Assembly: GCA_021810045.1 (NCBI GenBank)
Contig: JAJZJR010000004.1
Location: forward strand, 18,351-82,350
Source of the DNA: Thermoplasmata archaeon
Lineage (GTDB): Archaea; Thermoplasmatota; Thermoplasmata; Thermoplasmatales; Thermoplasmataceae
Length of the DNA stretch: 64,000 nt
Direction of reading: 5' to 3'
The translations under genes were made by a program, and so were the position numbers. A model generated the notes under the pieces. The model ran no database searches and was not told the origin of the DNA. It saw only the letters and a program-made list of their open reading frames with translations. Positions within the stretch are counted from its first letter, which is position 1. Each line of letters begins with the position of its first letter. This document shows, in pieces, positions 28,335-38,702 of this stretch.

Positions 28335-29723
28335 ATGTTCAAACCCACTGAAGAAAAACAGTTAGGACCCAGGCTTGGTATAAGCATCTGGTTCTTGGCG
28401 GCTGTATTCTTCGCTGTGATGTTCTTCGTTATCGTTAACGTAAGTAATACGTGGAACATTTTCACAATCTATGCAACCTTGTCCTGGTCCTTTGGAATGC
28501 CCATTGTAGTTGTCAGTTTCCTTGGAGCAGTCAGGTCAGGCAGCCTGAAACTCTCCAGTTATACAGGAAGGGTTTCAAACCTCATTGTTTTCCAGATACC
28601 AACAATAGGGTCCCCAGATGTTCTGGGTGCCCTTTACCGTGTAGTGGACTCAATTCTCAGGTGTGCTCCAAAGAATCTTGACAACTGGAGGGTAGATGTT
28701 GTTACCGAAGAGCATTCAAAGGCCCTTGATGAGATAAGGGAGCATTATTCATTCGATCCCCATGTGAACATAGTTGTTGTTCCAAAGGGGTATGAGACAA
28801 ACAACAGGTCAATCAACAAGTCAAGGGCAATGCAGTACGGTCTTGAGTATCACATAGAAAGAGGAGAAGTCAATGACCAGATCTGGTACTTCCACCTTGA
28901 TGATGATGCTTCAGTGGGCCGGGATACTGTGGCTGCAATTGCAGAACACATCAAGTACAAGGGAGACCAGTATTACATAGCCCAGGGTGTTCTTGCTTTC
29001 CCCCATCACCTTTCAAAATCCATCATTGCGAAATTTGCAGATTCCATGAGGCCTACGGACGACCTCACAAGATTCTACTTCTTCACTTCCCTTGTCAAAA
29101 TACCCCTTGTGGGCCTTCATGGTGAAAATCTCCTTGTGAGATCAGACATAGAGGCCCAGATCGGGTGGGATAACGGGAACAGGCCAATCTCAGATGACAG
29201 CTGCTTTGGACTTCGATTCTCAGAGAAATTCCCTGGAAAATCCTCTTTCCTTCCAGCATTCACATACGGGGCATCCCCATCATCCGTGAGGGATCTTCTC
29301 AGGCAGAGGAGAAGGTGGCTCGTAGATCTCACAAACCTTGGACTTTTTGGTCCACTTCCATGGAAATACAGACTCATCTTCATCTATTCAGTGCTGTTCT
29401 GGAGCAGCATGGTGACCCAGAATGTGATTCTTGGCGCCATGATCCTGCAGTTCTTCCATATCATAAGTTTTACCCTCATCACTCCTCCTATGGGTGTAAT
29501 GTGGGCGTTCACGTTCAGCTTCTGGATATGGTTCTACTGGAACGGTCTGCACATAAACCACAGCGTTTCCGAAAAAAAGACTCCATTCTGGAAGAATGCG
29601 CTTCTTATGATACCGCTCTTCTTCCTGGTCATAGGACCACTGGAATTCATAGGCGGAGCCTGGGGAATTTATGCATTCGTGAGGAACGAGAGAAGGTTTG
29701 AGGTCATAAGCAAACCTTCCTGA
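28335..29723 (+). CDS. GT2 glycosyltransferase, Egghead/BRE-3-like
   Basis: KSRAMQY, HLDDDA, ADSMRPTDD, HGENLLVR and QRRRW motifs; N- and C-terminal TM helices. Confidence 0.85.
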   Translation: MFKPTEEKQLGPRLGISIWFLAAVFFAVMFFVIVNVSNTWNIFTIYATLSWSFGMPIVVVSFLGAVRSGSLKLSSYTGRVSNLIVFQIPTIGSPDVLGALYRVVDSILRCAPKNLDNWRVDVVTEEHSKALDEIREHYSFDPHVNIVVVPKGYETNNRSINKSRAMQYGLEYHIERGEVNDQIWYFHLDDDASVGRDTVAAIAEHIKYKGDQYYIAQGVLAFPHHLSKSIIAKFADSMRPTDDLTRFYFFTSLVKIPLVGLHGENLLVRSDIEAQIGWDNGNRPISDDSCFGLRFSEKFPGKSSFLPAFTYGASPSSVRDLLRQRRRWLVDLTNLGLFGPLPWKYRLIFIYSVLFWSSMVTQNVILGAMILQFFHIISFTLITPPMGVMWAFTFSFWIWFYWNGLHINHSVSEKKTPFWKNALLMIPLFFLVIGPLEFIGGAWGIYAFVRNERRFEVISKPS

Positions 29724-29735
29724 TCCGGTTAAAAT

Positions 29736-30374
29736 TCATTCCAATTTTTCAATAAGTCCAAAAATTTTAACAACGTCCCTGCAGCTAATCTGCCCTGGAC
29801 TTGTTTTTTCTCCAGCATGGCAGTATATCAGTCCTGAACCAAGCAGTGAATATACAATCCTTGAAGCAGGGGTTCCATCAGTTTCCATTACAGCAAGATT
29901 CCTGTATCGGTTAAGGAGTGAAATGAGATGCCGGGATGAAACCTCTGACTTGCGTAAAGCGATCTTAAGAAACCTGCATTTCCCACCATATTCTCTTACC
30001 AGGGATTCAAGCTCCTCATATGTTGGGTCTTCGTGAAGGTAATGCCTGGAAAGAATCTGATCCCCGTAATCCAGTGGTATGCTGCCCAGGTTGGATATTT
30101 CAATGTCAACCAGAAACCCATTCTGTATTGCGGATCTGAGAAGCCGGATCTTTGTCTCCGGGTTAACATCTCTTACCCCTCCTTCTTTCACATCTCTCAC
30201 AGTAATGATGAGTCTTTCCCTGTATTCCCTGAATATTTCCATGGTGAGACTCTCCGGGTCACTGAAGTAATCAAGCCTCAGTTCCACAAGATCCGTGGGG
30301 ATATCCTTTATTCTGTCAACAACATCTGTGCCGGTGAAAGGTAATGAGGCAACAGTTTTTGTTACGATCTTAAT
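29736..30374 (-). CDS. aroD: Type I 3-dehydroquinate dehydratase (start uncertain; homology extends upstream of GTG 30287)
   Basis: VELRLDY, ITVRDVKEGG, SRH and PGQ motifs. The in-frame upstream sequence KTVASLP has no ATG/GTG/TTG. Confidence 0.85.
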   Translation of the reverse strand: MKIVTKTVASLPFTGTDVVDRIKDIPTDLVELRLDYFSDPESLTMEIFREYRERLIITVRDVKEGGVRDVNPETKIRLLRSAIQNGFLVDIEISNLGSIPLDYGDQILSRHYLHEDPTYEELESLVREYGGKCRFLKIALRKSEVSSRHLISLLNRYRNLAVMETDGTPASRIVYSLLGSGLIYCHAGEKTSPGQISCRDVVKIFGLIEKLE

Positions 30375-31576
30375 GATATTTTCCCCCCAAGCCTTATCAG
30401 GTCATCGTAGAACCTGGGATTACTTTTTGCAACGGCCTCAGCTCCATATATCATTCCACCGGATCTGAGGGAAAGAACAGTTCCAAGCATTGCAATACGG
30501 TGGTCTTTCCAGTCTTTTACTATGCCCGAGTGCCAGTTTCCATTATTTCTTATGTTCATGCCATTGTCGGTGGAAACCTCAATGCCAAAGGCCTCCAGTG
30601 TTCTGGATACAGACTGGATCCGGTTGCTTTCCTTTATCTCAAGCAGGCTTGTGCCAAGAATCCTGTATTCTCCTCCTGAAATGGCGGAAAATGCAGCAAG
30701 TGAAACGGCCATGTCAGGGGAATCCTCTATATCTTCAGTGAAAGACAGGAAATCCCCATTGCCTGACACGTGCCAGGTATCATCTTCGACATAACTCCCT
30801 GCCCCGGATTTTCCCACAATGTCAACTATACGGAGATCTCCCATGCTCCAGTTCCGGCTGGACAGACCTGTGATATTCACACTCCCTTTTGTTATGAGTG
30901 CCGCTGCAGCATAAAATGAGGAGAGTAGAAAATCACCGGGTACTTCACCTGAGAATTTCAGGGGTTCCATGAGGGCTTGAACACTTATGTCCAGTCCATG
31001 GTAATAAATGCTGCATCCAAGGCTGTTGAGAACACTGCAGGTCATTTCAATATACGAAGTGGATCTTACAGGAGGAAGGAGCCTGATCTTTCCTCCACCG
31101 GAAAGGAGCAGTCCGTAGATTATCCCACTGATATACTGGCTGCTTTCAGATCCTGGGATTTCAACGTTACGGGAAGAAATTTTTCCGGAGATTGCAAGTG
31201 GGAGATGATCGCTGCTCATTGAAACTCCATTGGCTTCAAGCCAGGATCTTATAACAGTAAGCGGTCTCTTCTGAAGAGTCTCATCTCCCATGATCGTGCA
31301 TTTCAGTCCGAGAAATGCCAGAATAGGGAGAAGCATTCTCAATGTTGTGCCAGAACCCCCGACATCAATTATCCCAACATCGGTATCAGATGAATCAATT
31401 GTCTTCCGGACCTGGTCTATTGCACTCAAAGCTGCATCAACATCATGGGAATGCTCAAGTTTTTCCAGTCTCACATCTCCAAGGAGACTGGCGAAAAGAA
31501 GCCTTATGGCTATGCTCTTGGATTGCGGTGCCCTTATGGTGCCTTTGATTACTGATGGCGAAACCTGGGCTCTCAC
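30362..31576 (-). CDS. aroA: EPSP synthase
   Basis: PQSKS, GSGTTLR, SSQYISG, KESNR and DHRIAM. Confidence 0.93.
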   Translation of the reverse strand: MRAQVSPSVIKGTIRAPQSKSIAIRLLFASLLGDVRLEKLEHSHDVDAALSAIDQVRKTIDSSDTDVGIIDVGGSGTTLRMLLPILAFLGLKCTIMGDETLQKRPLTVIRSWLEANGVSMSSDHLPLAISGKISSRNVEIPGSESSQYISGIIYGLLLSGGGKIRLLPPVRSTSYIEMTCSVLNSLGCSIYYHGLDISVQALMEPLKFSGEVPGDFLLSSFYAAAALITKGSVNITGLSSRNWSMGDLRIVDIVGKSGAGSYVEDDTWHVSGNGDFLSFTEDIEDSPDMAVSLAAFSAISGGEYRILGTSLLEIKESNRIQSVSRTLEAFGIEVSTDNGMNIRNNGNWHSGIVKDWKDHRIAMLGTVLSLRSGGMIYGAEAVAKSNPRFYDDLIRLGGKISLRS

Positions 31577-31578
31577 TC

Positions 31579-32346
31579 TTAGATTGGCCTCCTGGTTATT
31601 GGGGAACCGAGAGATGAAAAGATGTCCATGATCGGCCCCTCTTCTCCCTCCTTGACAAGTGCAAACAGTGATGGCCCGTTACCTGAAACACCTGCCGCTT
31701 TTGCACCAGAATCGATTGCTTTCAGCAGCAGATCTGTTTCATAGCCGAGTGCCTGGGAGACAGTCAGGCCATTATGTGCCATGGCCTCTATATATCGGCC
31801 ATTGTAAACCATGGAGGCTATTCCCTTGAATGCAGGCCACCTCCTTCTTAGCAGTTCCGGATCAAAATTGACCCTGGGACCCCTTGGAAGAAGCACGAAC
31901 AGGTAACCATCTGGAAATGGCACTTTTCTGACGATCTTCATATTGGTGTTATCGCAAATAGAAATTCCTCCATATAGGGATGCCACCACATCATCCAACG
32001 CACCGGTGATGGACACCCCCGCTTCAATGGACAGCTTTGCTGCCAATACAGGAATATCCACATCCATCCCGGTAAGGGATGAAAGTGCCGCTACTGCACC
32101 TGCAGCAACTGCACTGCTGCTCTTTAGCCCTCCACCCTGCGGGATTTCACTCTTCACCTTTACTGAAACCTCTCTTCCTGATTTGCTGGAGAAATACCTG
32201 GTTATGGTATCCAGCAGGATCGAATCAGGACTCTGTGGACCAAACGATGCTTCCACCTCAACTGGAAGATCAACAGCACAGGAGGAACCAAGGCCCAACG
32301 GGATGGCATTCAGTATTGAGACTCCTCCATGGGTTATCACTGACAT
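31579..32346 (-). CDS. aroK: Archaeal (GHMP-type) shikimate kinase
   Basis: [28 protein letters not shown] and GVSGNGP. Confidence 0.92.
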   Translation of the reverse strand: MSVITHGGVSILNAIPLGLGSSCAVDLPVEVEASFGPQSPDSILLDTITRYFSSKSGREVSVKVKSEIPQGGGLKSSSAVAAGAVAALSSLTGMDVDIPVLAAKLSIEAGVSITGALDDVVASLYGGISICDNTNMKIVRKVPFPDGYLFVLLPRGPRVNFDPELLRRRWPAFKGIASMVYNGRYIEAMAHNGLTVSQALGYETDLLLKAIDSGAKAAGVSGNGPSLFALVKEGEEGPIMDIFSSLGSPITRRPI

Positions 32347-33494
32347 TTTCCGGTATACTCCTTCCAGCGTTCCTCAATCAGGTCTGATTCACTTTCAGAA
32401 AGCCTGGCATGGGGAATAATGCCTGCAATCCTGGAATAATCTGCCAGCACAACTGCCATCATGGCTTCTGCAACAGATACACCTCTAACAGCAACAACGG
32501 GGTCGTGTCTTCCAGTGACGGAAATTTCTGCTGGTTCAAGTGTATCTAGATCCACAGTCCTGGCTGGAATCCTTATGGAGCTTGTAGGCTTGAAGGCACA
32601 TCTTATGCATATATCATCTCCTGTTGTAAATCCACCAAGCATTCCACCAGCCATATTCTTTCTTAATTCCAGCTCTCCCTCGTCGCTCTTTATTATTTCA
32701 TCGGCTGCTTCTGATCCCTTCATTCTGGACGCCTTAAATCCCATTCCATACTCAAAACCTGTAACAGCAGGTATAGAAAGCAAAGCCATCCCAAGCTCAG
32801 CCTTTATTTTATGGAAAACAGGTTCTCCAAGGCCTTCAGGAGGTTTTATGGCAAACACTTCGGCAACTCCGCCGTAACTGTCACCTTCCTTCATTGTGGT
32901 TTTGATCAGGTCTGTGTATTTTTTATCTGTTTCCCGATCCAGGGCTCTCGTCTGGAATTTCTTTGAGTTCAGCGATAACAAGGGATCTGTGCAATGGGAT
33001 CCTTCCAGTGGGCCTATGGATTTCAAATATCCCGAAACATAAGTTGAGGTGTACATCAGCAGTTTCTTTGCAACAGCACCGGCCGCCACTCTTGAAACGG
33101 TCTCTCTTGCACTGGATCTGCCGCTTCCCCGGTAATCCCAGTTTTCCCTCCCGTACTTCTTTATGAGAGGAAGATCTGAATGTCCTGGCCTGGGTTTGTG
33201 ACTGACCTGGGAATATAGGGAGGAAATGGCATCCACGTTCCTGAATATTATGGCAATAGGGGCACCAGTTGTCTTTCCATTGTAAAGTCCACTGATAATT
33301 TCAGGCTCATCTGTTTCCCTTCTACCAGAAACCAGGTAATTGCCGGTCTTTCTGAACTGGAGTTCAAAACTGATATCTTCGGGAGAGAGCATGAGGCCAG
33401 CCGGAACTCCGTCTATTACAACACCCATCGCCGGGCCGTGACTCTCACCAAAGGTGGTTACCCTGAACTGATTACCTACTGTGCTTGACATCAA
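32337..33494 (-). CDS. aroC: Chorismate synthase
   Basis: FGESHG, PRPGHSD, RSSARET, FKPTSSI and GRHDP. Confidence 0.96.
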   Translation of the reverse strand: MMSSTVGNQFRVTTFGESHGPAMGVVIDGVPAGLMLSPEDISFELQFRKTGNYLVSGRRETDEPEIISGLYNGKTTGAPIAIIFRNVDAISSLYSQVSHKPRPGHSDLPLIKKYGRENWDYRGSGRSSARETVSRVAAGAVAKKLLMYTSTYVSGYLKSIGPLEGSHCTDPLLSLNSKKFQTRALDRETDKKYTDLIKTTMKEGDSYGGVAEVFAIKPPEGLGEPVFHKIKAELGMALLSIPAVTGFEYGMGFKASRMKGSEAADEIIKSDEGELELRKNMAGGMLGGFTTGDDICIRCAFKPTSSIRIPARTVDLDTLEPAEISVTGRHDPVVAVRGVSVAEAMMAVVLADYSRIAGIIPHARLSESESDLIEERWKEYTGKCQ

Positions 33495-34290
33495 TGACCT
33501 CCAGTATTTCAGTAAATTCGGCTTCTATATTATTCCAGATCCTTTGTGAGTGTATTGCCTGAGATGCGAGAATATCTTCTCCAGTTATGAAAGCGGTTTC
33601 TCCCGTGAATCTGTTCCGGAAGTTTCCTGAACGGGAAGCATAATTGAAATCCACGGCAAGTTTCGAACGCATTCCCGGATACATGAACTCCGGATATGAA
33701 ATGCAGTTGACAAAAACTTCCGATTCCATGGTCTCCTTTGATATCTCCGTCTTAAGGGTAACAGACTGTGCGTCTATTCCGGAACGGGTAAGATCATTTT
33801 CAAGTTTCTGTGCTTTTTCCAGGCTCCTGTTAATTATTGTTACATACATTTTCATGTTTCCAAACAGATATGAAGCAGTTCTTGCTGCCCCTCCTGAACC
33901 AAATATGGTGCATTCTTTCCCGGCAAGATCAAGATCCTGTCTTGATATCAGTTCCTGAAGTGCAAGATAGTCTGTGTTGTAACCCCTGTTGTTCTTTACA
34001 AGGTTAACGCTCCCCGTGAGTGATGCCTCAGGAGATAATTCCTGCAACAGTTTTGCAGCATTCTCTTTGTAAGGTGTTGTTACATTGAATCCGGATGCGT
34101 ACTGGATCAGGGTATCCATGGCTGTGCTGAAGTCCTGTTGTGGGACATCAAAGAGGCCATAAACTGCCTTTATGCCAAACTTCCTGAAAATGTGGTTGTG
34201 AATTTCAGGAGAAAGGGAATATCTGATCCTGTAACCAAGCAGCCCGTATATTCCCGTTTTACTGTCATTTGAGAAGGCCAAGATAATCAC
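33472..34290 (-). CDS. aroE: Shikimate dehydrogenase
   Basis: [22 protein letters not shown] and GSGGAA. Confidence 0.92.
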   Translation of the reverse strand: MIILAFSNDSKTGIYGLLGYRIRYSLSPEIHNHIFRKFGIKAVYGLFDVPQQDFSTAMDTLIQYASGFNVTTPYKENAAKLLQELSPEASLTGSVNLVKNNRGYNTDYLALQELISRQDLDLAGKECTIFGSGGAARTASYLFGNMKMYVTIINRSLEKAQKLENDLTRSGIDAQSVTLKTEISKETMESEVFVNCISYPEFMYPGMRSKLAVDFNYASRSGNFRNRFTGETAFITGEDILASQAIHSQRIWNNIEAEFTEILEVIDVKHSR

Positions 34291-35311
34291 TTATGCTACT
34301 GAGTTCCACTTCACAAACTTTTGGTATCCCGGGTTTTTCCGGAATGGGAAGTTTCAGTGTATGTCTAGTTGACTTTTTGTCCGATAAAATATATTGTATC
34401 AGCTCCTCCGGGGGACCAGGCAAATAATCCTCCCTTTTTACTGAGAAACCCAGATGGGTTACAAGTTCCCCGATCCTTTTCCGGACATCCGGTGTTACTA
34501 ATCCTTTGGAAACAGCATAATCTGTTTCCATAAGCATTCCTCCAATAACAGCCCGGCCATGACTTATTGAAAAACCTGAGAGAGCCTCTATGGCATGTCC
34601 AATGGTATGCCCATAGTTCAGGACAGCTCTTATCCCCTTCTGGTCAAACTCATCCTGTTCAACCAGGTCCATCTTGTCCTTTACACACCTGGTGAGCAAA
34701 TACTGGGTTTTCTCTTCATCTTCAAGAATTTCATTTACAGAATTATTCATGAGGAACTCCTGAAGTTCAATATCAAGTATTGCTGCGTATTTTGCTATCT
34801 CACCAATTCCATCTTCAATAAGGAATTTTGGCATTTCCCTGACAAGGGATGTGTCAATAATGATTTCAGAGGGGCTGTAAAAAGTTCCAAGTACATTCTT
34901 CACACCCTTGAAATTAACGCCATTTTTTCCTCCCATGGAAGCATCAACCATGGATAAGAGCGTAGTGGGAACAGAAATGTACCTGATTCCTCTGAGATAA
35001 ATGGAGGCTGCAAACCCTGCAACATCAGAAACTGTGCCTCCTCCGAAGGATATGAGCATGGAATTTCGCTTGAAATTACCCACCATTAGTTTGTCCAGTA
35101 CCTGTATAACTGTTTCCATGGTCTTGGATTCTTCTCCATCGCTGATTCCTATGTATTCAGCAGAACCATGGATATGTGATTTTACCAGATCCTCCAAGGA
35201 TTCCGGAAACAGGACAAGAGCATCCTCTAATTCTCCCAGCGAACTTATTGCACCTGTTCCAAGGATTATTTCTGTAACTCCCCTGGAAAGTCTGTAGGAA
35301 AATCTCTGCAT
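34265..35311 (-). CDS. aroB: 3-dehydroquinate synthase
   Basis: GGGTVSD, PTTLLSMVDASMGGKNG and LNYGHTIGHAIE. Confidence 0.95.
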   Translation of the reverse strand: MQRFSYRLSRGVTEIILGTGAISSLGELEDALVLFPESLEDLVKSHIHGSAEYIGISDGEESKTMETVIQVLDKLMVGNFKRNSMLISFGGGTVSDVAGFAASIYLRGIRYISVPTTLLSMVDASMGGKNGVNFKGVKNVLGTFYSPSEIIIDTSLVREMPKFLIEDGIGEIAKYAAILDIELQEFLMNNSVNEILEDEEKTQYLLTRCVKDKMDLVEQDEFDQKGIRAVLNYGHTIGHAIEALSGFSISHGRAVIGGMLMETDYAVSKGLVTPDVRKRIGELVTHLGFSVKREDYLPGPPEELIQYILSDKKSTRHTLKLPIPEKPGIPKVCEVELSSISDYLGLLK

Positions 35312-35312
35312 A

Positions 35313-36302
35313 TTACACCTTTATGGCTTTACGGAGCGATTTAATGGCATCCGTGAGTTTCTTCAGGTCATCTACAGTAATCTGCTGTTGTGCATCACTC
35401 AGGGCATTCTCAGGACTAGGGTGAACCTCAACAAGCAGCATGTCTGAGCCTGCAGCAACAGAGGAAAGTGCCAGTGGCATAACAAGATCCCTTCTTCCAG
35501 CCGGGTGGCTTGGATCTGCACATACGGGAAGATGTGACTCCTTCTTTGCCCTCGCAATTGAACCAACATCCAGAGTGAATCTGGTGGCATTTTCAAATGT
35601 CCTTATGCCTCTCTCACAGATGATCACTGAACCGTTTCCTTCGCTCAATACATAATCTGCAGTGGCCATCCATTCAGTATAGGTGTTACCCATTCCCCGT
35701 TTCAGGAGAACAGGTCGCCCATCTCTGGCAACCTTTCTGAGTAACTGGAAGTTCTGTGCATTACGTGATCCAATCTGAAGGAGATCCACGCCATTGAAAT
35801 TCCCGATGTTGTCGGAATCAAGTATCTCAGAAACAATAGGCAGATCTGCTGCTTCCCCCATCTTCCTGAGGATGTCAAGACCTTCGCTGCCTTTTCCCTG
35901 AAATGAGAATGGGCTTGTCCTGGGTTTGTAGGCTCCGCCACGTATGATATTGGCTCCGGCTCTTTTCAGTTCAATTGCAAAATCCTCGACGTTCTCGTCA
36001 AAGTCAATTGAGCATGGGCCTGCCGCTACGGTAACATCATGTCCCACCTCAACATCCCTGACATTGACCATGGTGTCTTCCTGTTTCCATATTCTTGAAC
36101 TGAGGATAAATTCACTGTCAACAGAGGTCTGAAACTCTATATCCGGATGACTGAACGCCTGTCCTGAGTCTGGCCACATCAGCACAACAGTTTTTCCATA
36201 AAGCTGAATCTTCCTTATGGAAACCGTGTCGTTTCCGGGCGCCTCCAGGAATTCCGTGGAGGCGGAGTTGTTCTTTAATACAAATATCCTGTACTTTACC
36301 AA
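35313..36302 (-). CDS. aroF: DAHP synthase, type I-beta
   Basis: AGPCS, RGGAYKPRTSPFSFQG, QIGSRN, LLKRG, CERG and DPSH. Confidence 0.93.
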   Translation of the reverse strand: MVKYRIFVLKNNSASTEFLEAPGNDTVSIRKIQLYGKTVVLMWPDSGQAFSHPDIEFQTSVDSEFILSSRIWKQEDTMVNVRDVEVGHDVTVAAGPCSIDFDENVEDFAIELKRAGANIIRGGAYKPRTSPFSFQGKGSEGLDILRKMGEAADLPIVSEILDSDNIGNFNGVDLLQIGSRNAQNFQLLRKVARDGRPVLLKRGMGNTYTEWMATADYVLSEGNGSVIICERGIRTFENATRFTLDVGSIARAKKESHLPVCADPSHPAGRRDLVMPLALSSVAAGSDMLLVEVHPSPENALSDAQQQITVDDLKKLTDAIKSLRKAIKV

Positions 36303-36325
36303 ATAAATCCCTCAAATGAGGAAGA

Positions 36326-36400
36326 TCATGCATACTGTATCCATGGAAAGAATAGAAATATTACCACAGTGACTTTTATATGCTCTTCCTCTATGTCCAT
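36326..36400 (-). CDS. Putative aro-operon leader peptide, 24 aa (MDIEEEHIKVTVVIFLFFPWIQYA)
   Basis: ATG about 25 nt downstream of a TTTAAATA box (36421-36428). Phe, Phe, Phe, Trp and Tyr cluster in codons 15-23, and the stop lies within alternative hairpins over the aroF RBS. Confidence 0.6.
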   Translation of the reverse strand: MDIEEEHIKVTVVIFLFFPWIQYA

Positions 36401-36534
36401 GACACTCTGTATCACTGTAAATATTTAAACATTACTGTTTTGTATCAAACAATATTTATTCTATAGCACCAATATAGTGACTACGCAATCAATTCAAAAA
36501 TTGGAAAAAATTAAAAAAGGGTATTTTAAAGACT

Positions 36535-38091
36535 TTAAGCAGAAGGTTCTTCCTTGCTGTTCTTTATGCCCATTGCCCTGGTCACGTATGTTCCAACAAC
36601 AGTTATGATCACGTTAACCAGGAGTGCGAACAGACCAACGAAGACAAGGATTTCGCTTGCTCCCAGATGACCGAATAGGTAAAATGATGTCTGGATCTTA
36701 CCGAATTTGGCATTTGCTTCAATCATCATGTATATGTCCAAAATCATACCGACTGCCCAACCAACGATCATGGAATGCTTGTTCAGCTTGGGGAAGTAAA
36801 GTCCCATAAACAGTGCAGGCAGTGTTTCAAGGATGAAACCTCCGGCGAGCAGCTGCAGCTGTATAGCAAACGTGTCATTGATGACCAAAGTAAAACCTAC
36901 AGCTATGAAGATAAATATTATGGTGATTATCTTTGCCCAGAAAGTTTCACTCTTGGAGGATAACGGTACTTTCTTGTATGGTTTTACAACGTTTCTGATA
37001 AACAGGTTTGCAGAGGCAATTGACATAATTGCTGCAGGGACTAGTCCTCCAATGAATATTCCAAGGAAGGCAAATCCAGCGAACCAGCTGGGCATTGTGT
37101 ACAGGATCAGGGCTGGAACCACGTAGACACCGCCAGTTCCAGATGGGAAACTGTTCACATAGCTAAGGGCTGGGCCAACAGCATATATCAGGACGCCGAA
37201 CAGTGCAAGGAATGCAAGACCGATACCATAGACTGGAAGCAGTGCTGTACTCATTCTAAGATTCTTAGCACTGTTAGAGCTCAATGATCCATTCACGGCA
37301 TGAGGATATAGATAAAGTGCCAGGGCACTGCCAATCCACAATGTTGGGTAAGCCACCGAATAAGTATTCAAAGGAAGAGTCTGGAATGCTGATGCCGCTT
37401 TTGCTGCAAAAGCTGTCTGAAAGCCCCCATATGCCATAGGCACAGCAATTATGACCACTATGACCGTTATGAAAATGATCGCATCCTTGAACAACGCAGT
37501 AAGACTGACACCTCTTAGACCGCTAATGAATGTGAAAGCGATCAAGATAATAACTGAAACAATCAATGCTAGGTTAATGATCAGACCAAGGTTTCCAGTA
37601 TTAACCGGGAACATGACTGTCAGTACAGCTTTCATTCCTACAAGCTGCAAACCCACATATGGCAATTCTGCCACAATGCCTGTTACAGCAATGAGCAGAC
37701 CAAGTGTCTTGCTGGAGAAAGTGTCAGTTACGTAATCTGCTGCAGTAATGTATCCTTTCTTCTTTGAAATAGACCACAACTTTGGCATCATGAGCATTGC
37801 CACAGCAAATGTTACAGCAACGTATGGAACAGCGAAGAAGTAGATACCGCCCTTTGCAAATAAGCTTGAAGGCACTGCTATGAAGGTATAAGCTGTATAC
37901 AAGTCAGCCCCGACCAGGAACCACGTCAATACAACGCCCAGCTTCCTGCCGGCGAGAGACCACTCATGGAGTTGTGATTCATCTCCTCTCCTGAAAAATC
38001 TCCCCATAAATCCAATGACTGCAAAAACTACAAAAAGGACAATGAAAACGATAAAACCAGCAAGAGGCAACCCTCCATCAGGCCCAATCAT
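36535..38091 (-). CDS. Sodium:solute symporter family (MctP-like) transporter
   Basis: WFLVGADLYTAYTF and LYLYPH; about 13 TM helices. Confidence 0.9.
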   Translation of the reverse strand: MIGPDGGLPLAGFIVFIVLFVVFAVIGFMGRFFRRGDESQLHEWSLAGRKLGVVLTWFLVGADLYTAYTFIAVPSSLFAKGGIYFFAVPYVAVTFAVAMLMMPKLWSISKKKGYITAADYVTDTFSSKTLGLLIAVTGIVAELPYVGLQLVGMKAVLTVMFPVNTGNLGLIINLALIVSVIILIAFTFISGLRGVSLTALFKDAIIFITVIVVIIAVPMAYGGFQTAFAAKAASAFQTLPLNTYSVAYPTLWIGSALALYLYPHAVNGSLSSNSAKNLRMSTALLPVYGIGLAFLALFGVLIYAVGPALSYVNSFPSGTGGVYVVPALILYTMPSWFAGFAFLGIFIGGLVPAAIMSIASANLFIRNVVKPYKKVPLSSKSETFWAKIITIIFIFIAVGFTLVINDTFAIQLQLLAGGFILETLPALFMGLYFPKLNKHSMIVGWAVGMILDIYMMIEANAKFGKIQTSFYLFGHLGASEILVFVGLFALLVNVIITVVGTYVTRAMGIKNSKEEPSA

Positions 38092-38303
38092 TCTTCCTCA
38101 TCCCCCTTTGCACGGCTAATCAGGAAAGCTGCCACTCCAAATAAAATAGCGGAAAGAGCCAACCACAGAGTTTGATACCAATAGAAGAGGGGTACACCTG
38201 CCAATTTGGGGTCAACTTTGTCGTACAGCGGGAGAACTATGTACGCAAAGAATGGTATTATCATTAAAATACCAGCCACCAAATATGCACTCTTCTTGCT
38301 CAT
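38088..38303 (-). CDS. DUF3311-type small accessory membrane protein of the SSS transporter
   Basis: YDKVDPKLAGVPLFYWYQTLW; overlaps the symporter start. Confidence 0.85.
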   Translation of the reverse strand: MSKKSAYLVAGILMIIPFFAYIVLPLYDKVDPKLAGVPLFYWYQTLWLALSAILFGVAAFLISRAKGDEEE

Positions 38304-38702
38304 TTGAGTATGAACTGTGCTATCACTTGGCATAAAGAATGATATGATGTTGGGTATATAATAACATTGCGGAAACCTAATACGGAGAGGCAAACGTATT
38401 TAGTTCATAAACTGTTTTTACATCCTTTTCTGAGCTCCTTCTTAAAATGTTGTTTCTTATAGGCAATTGTCTGTCTTTTCAGGTGAATCAGTAAATCATT
38501 ACTGTTCCTGTAAATATCCCTAATATTAATGGTGCTTCAGGCAACTAATGGGGGAATCATATAAAATGGAGTTTTTCACGGGAGAAACGTTCTTTGCGAA
38601 TGCAGAAAATATGCTTCATTGTAATCTGAAAAGGCTTAAATAAAAGCTAGATACCTGAATAATGGCGTATACGGTTAATCTATGCTGTAAAGATGCAATG
38701 TT

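Noticed and set aside
38528..38610. GGTGCTTCAGGCAACTAATGGGGAATC upstream of the B12-radical SAM gene, resembling the start of a cobalamin riboswitch
   Set aside because: No matching CCCC/GCAACTGT, GCCACTG or B12-box elements can be found downstream.
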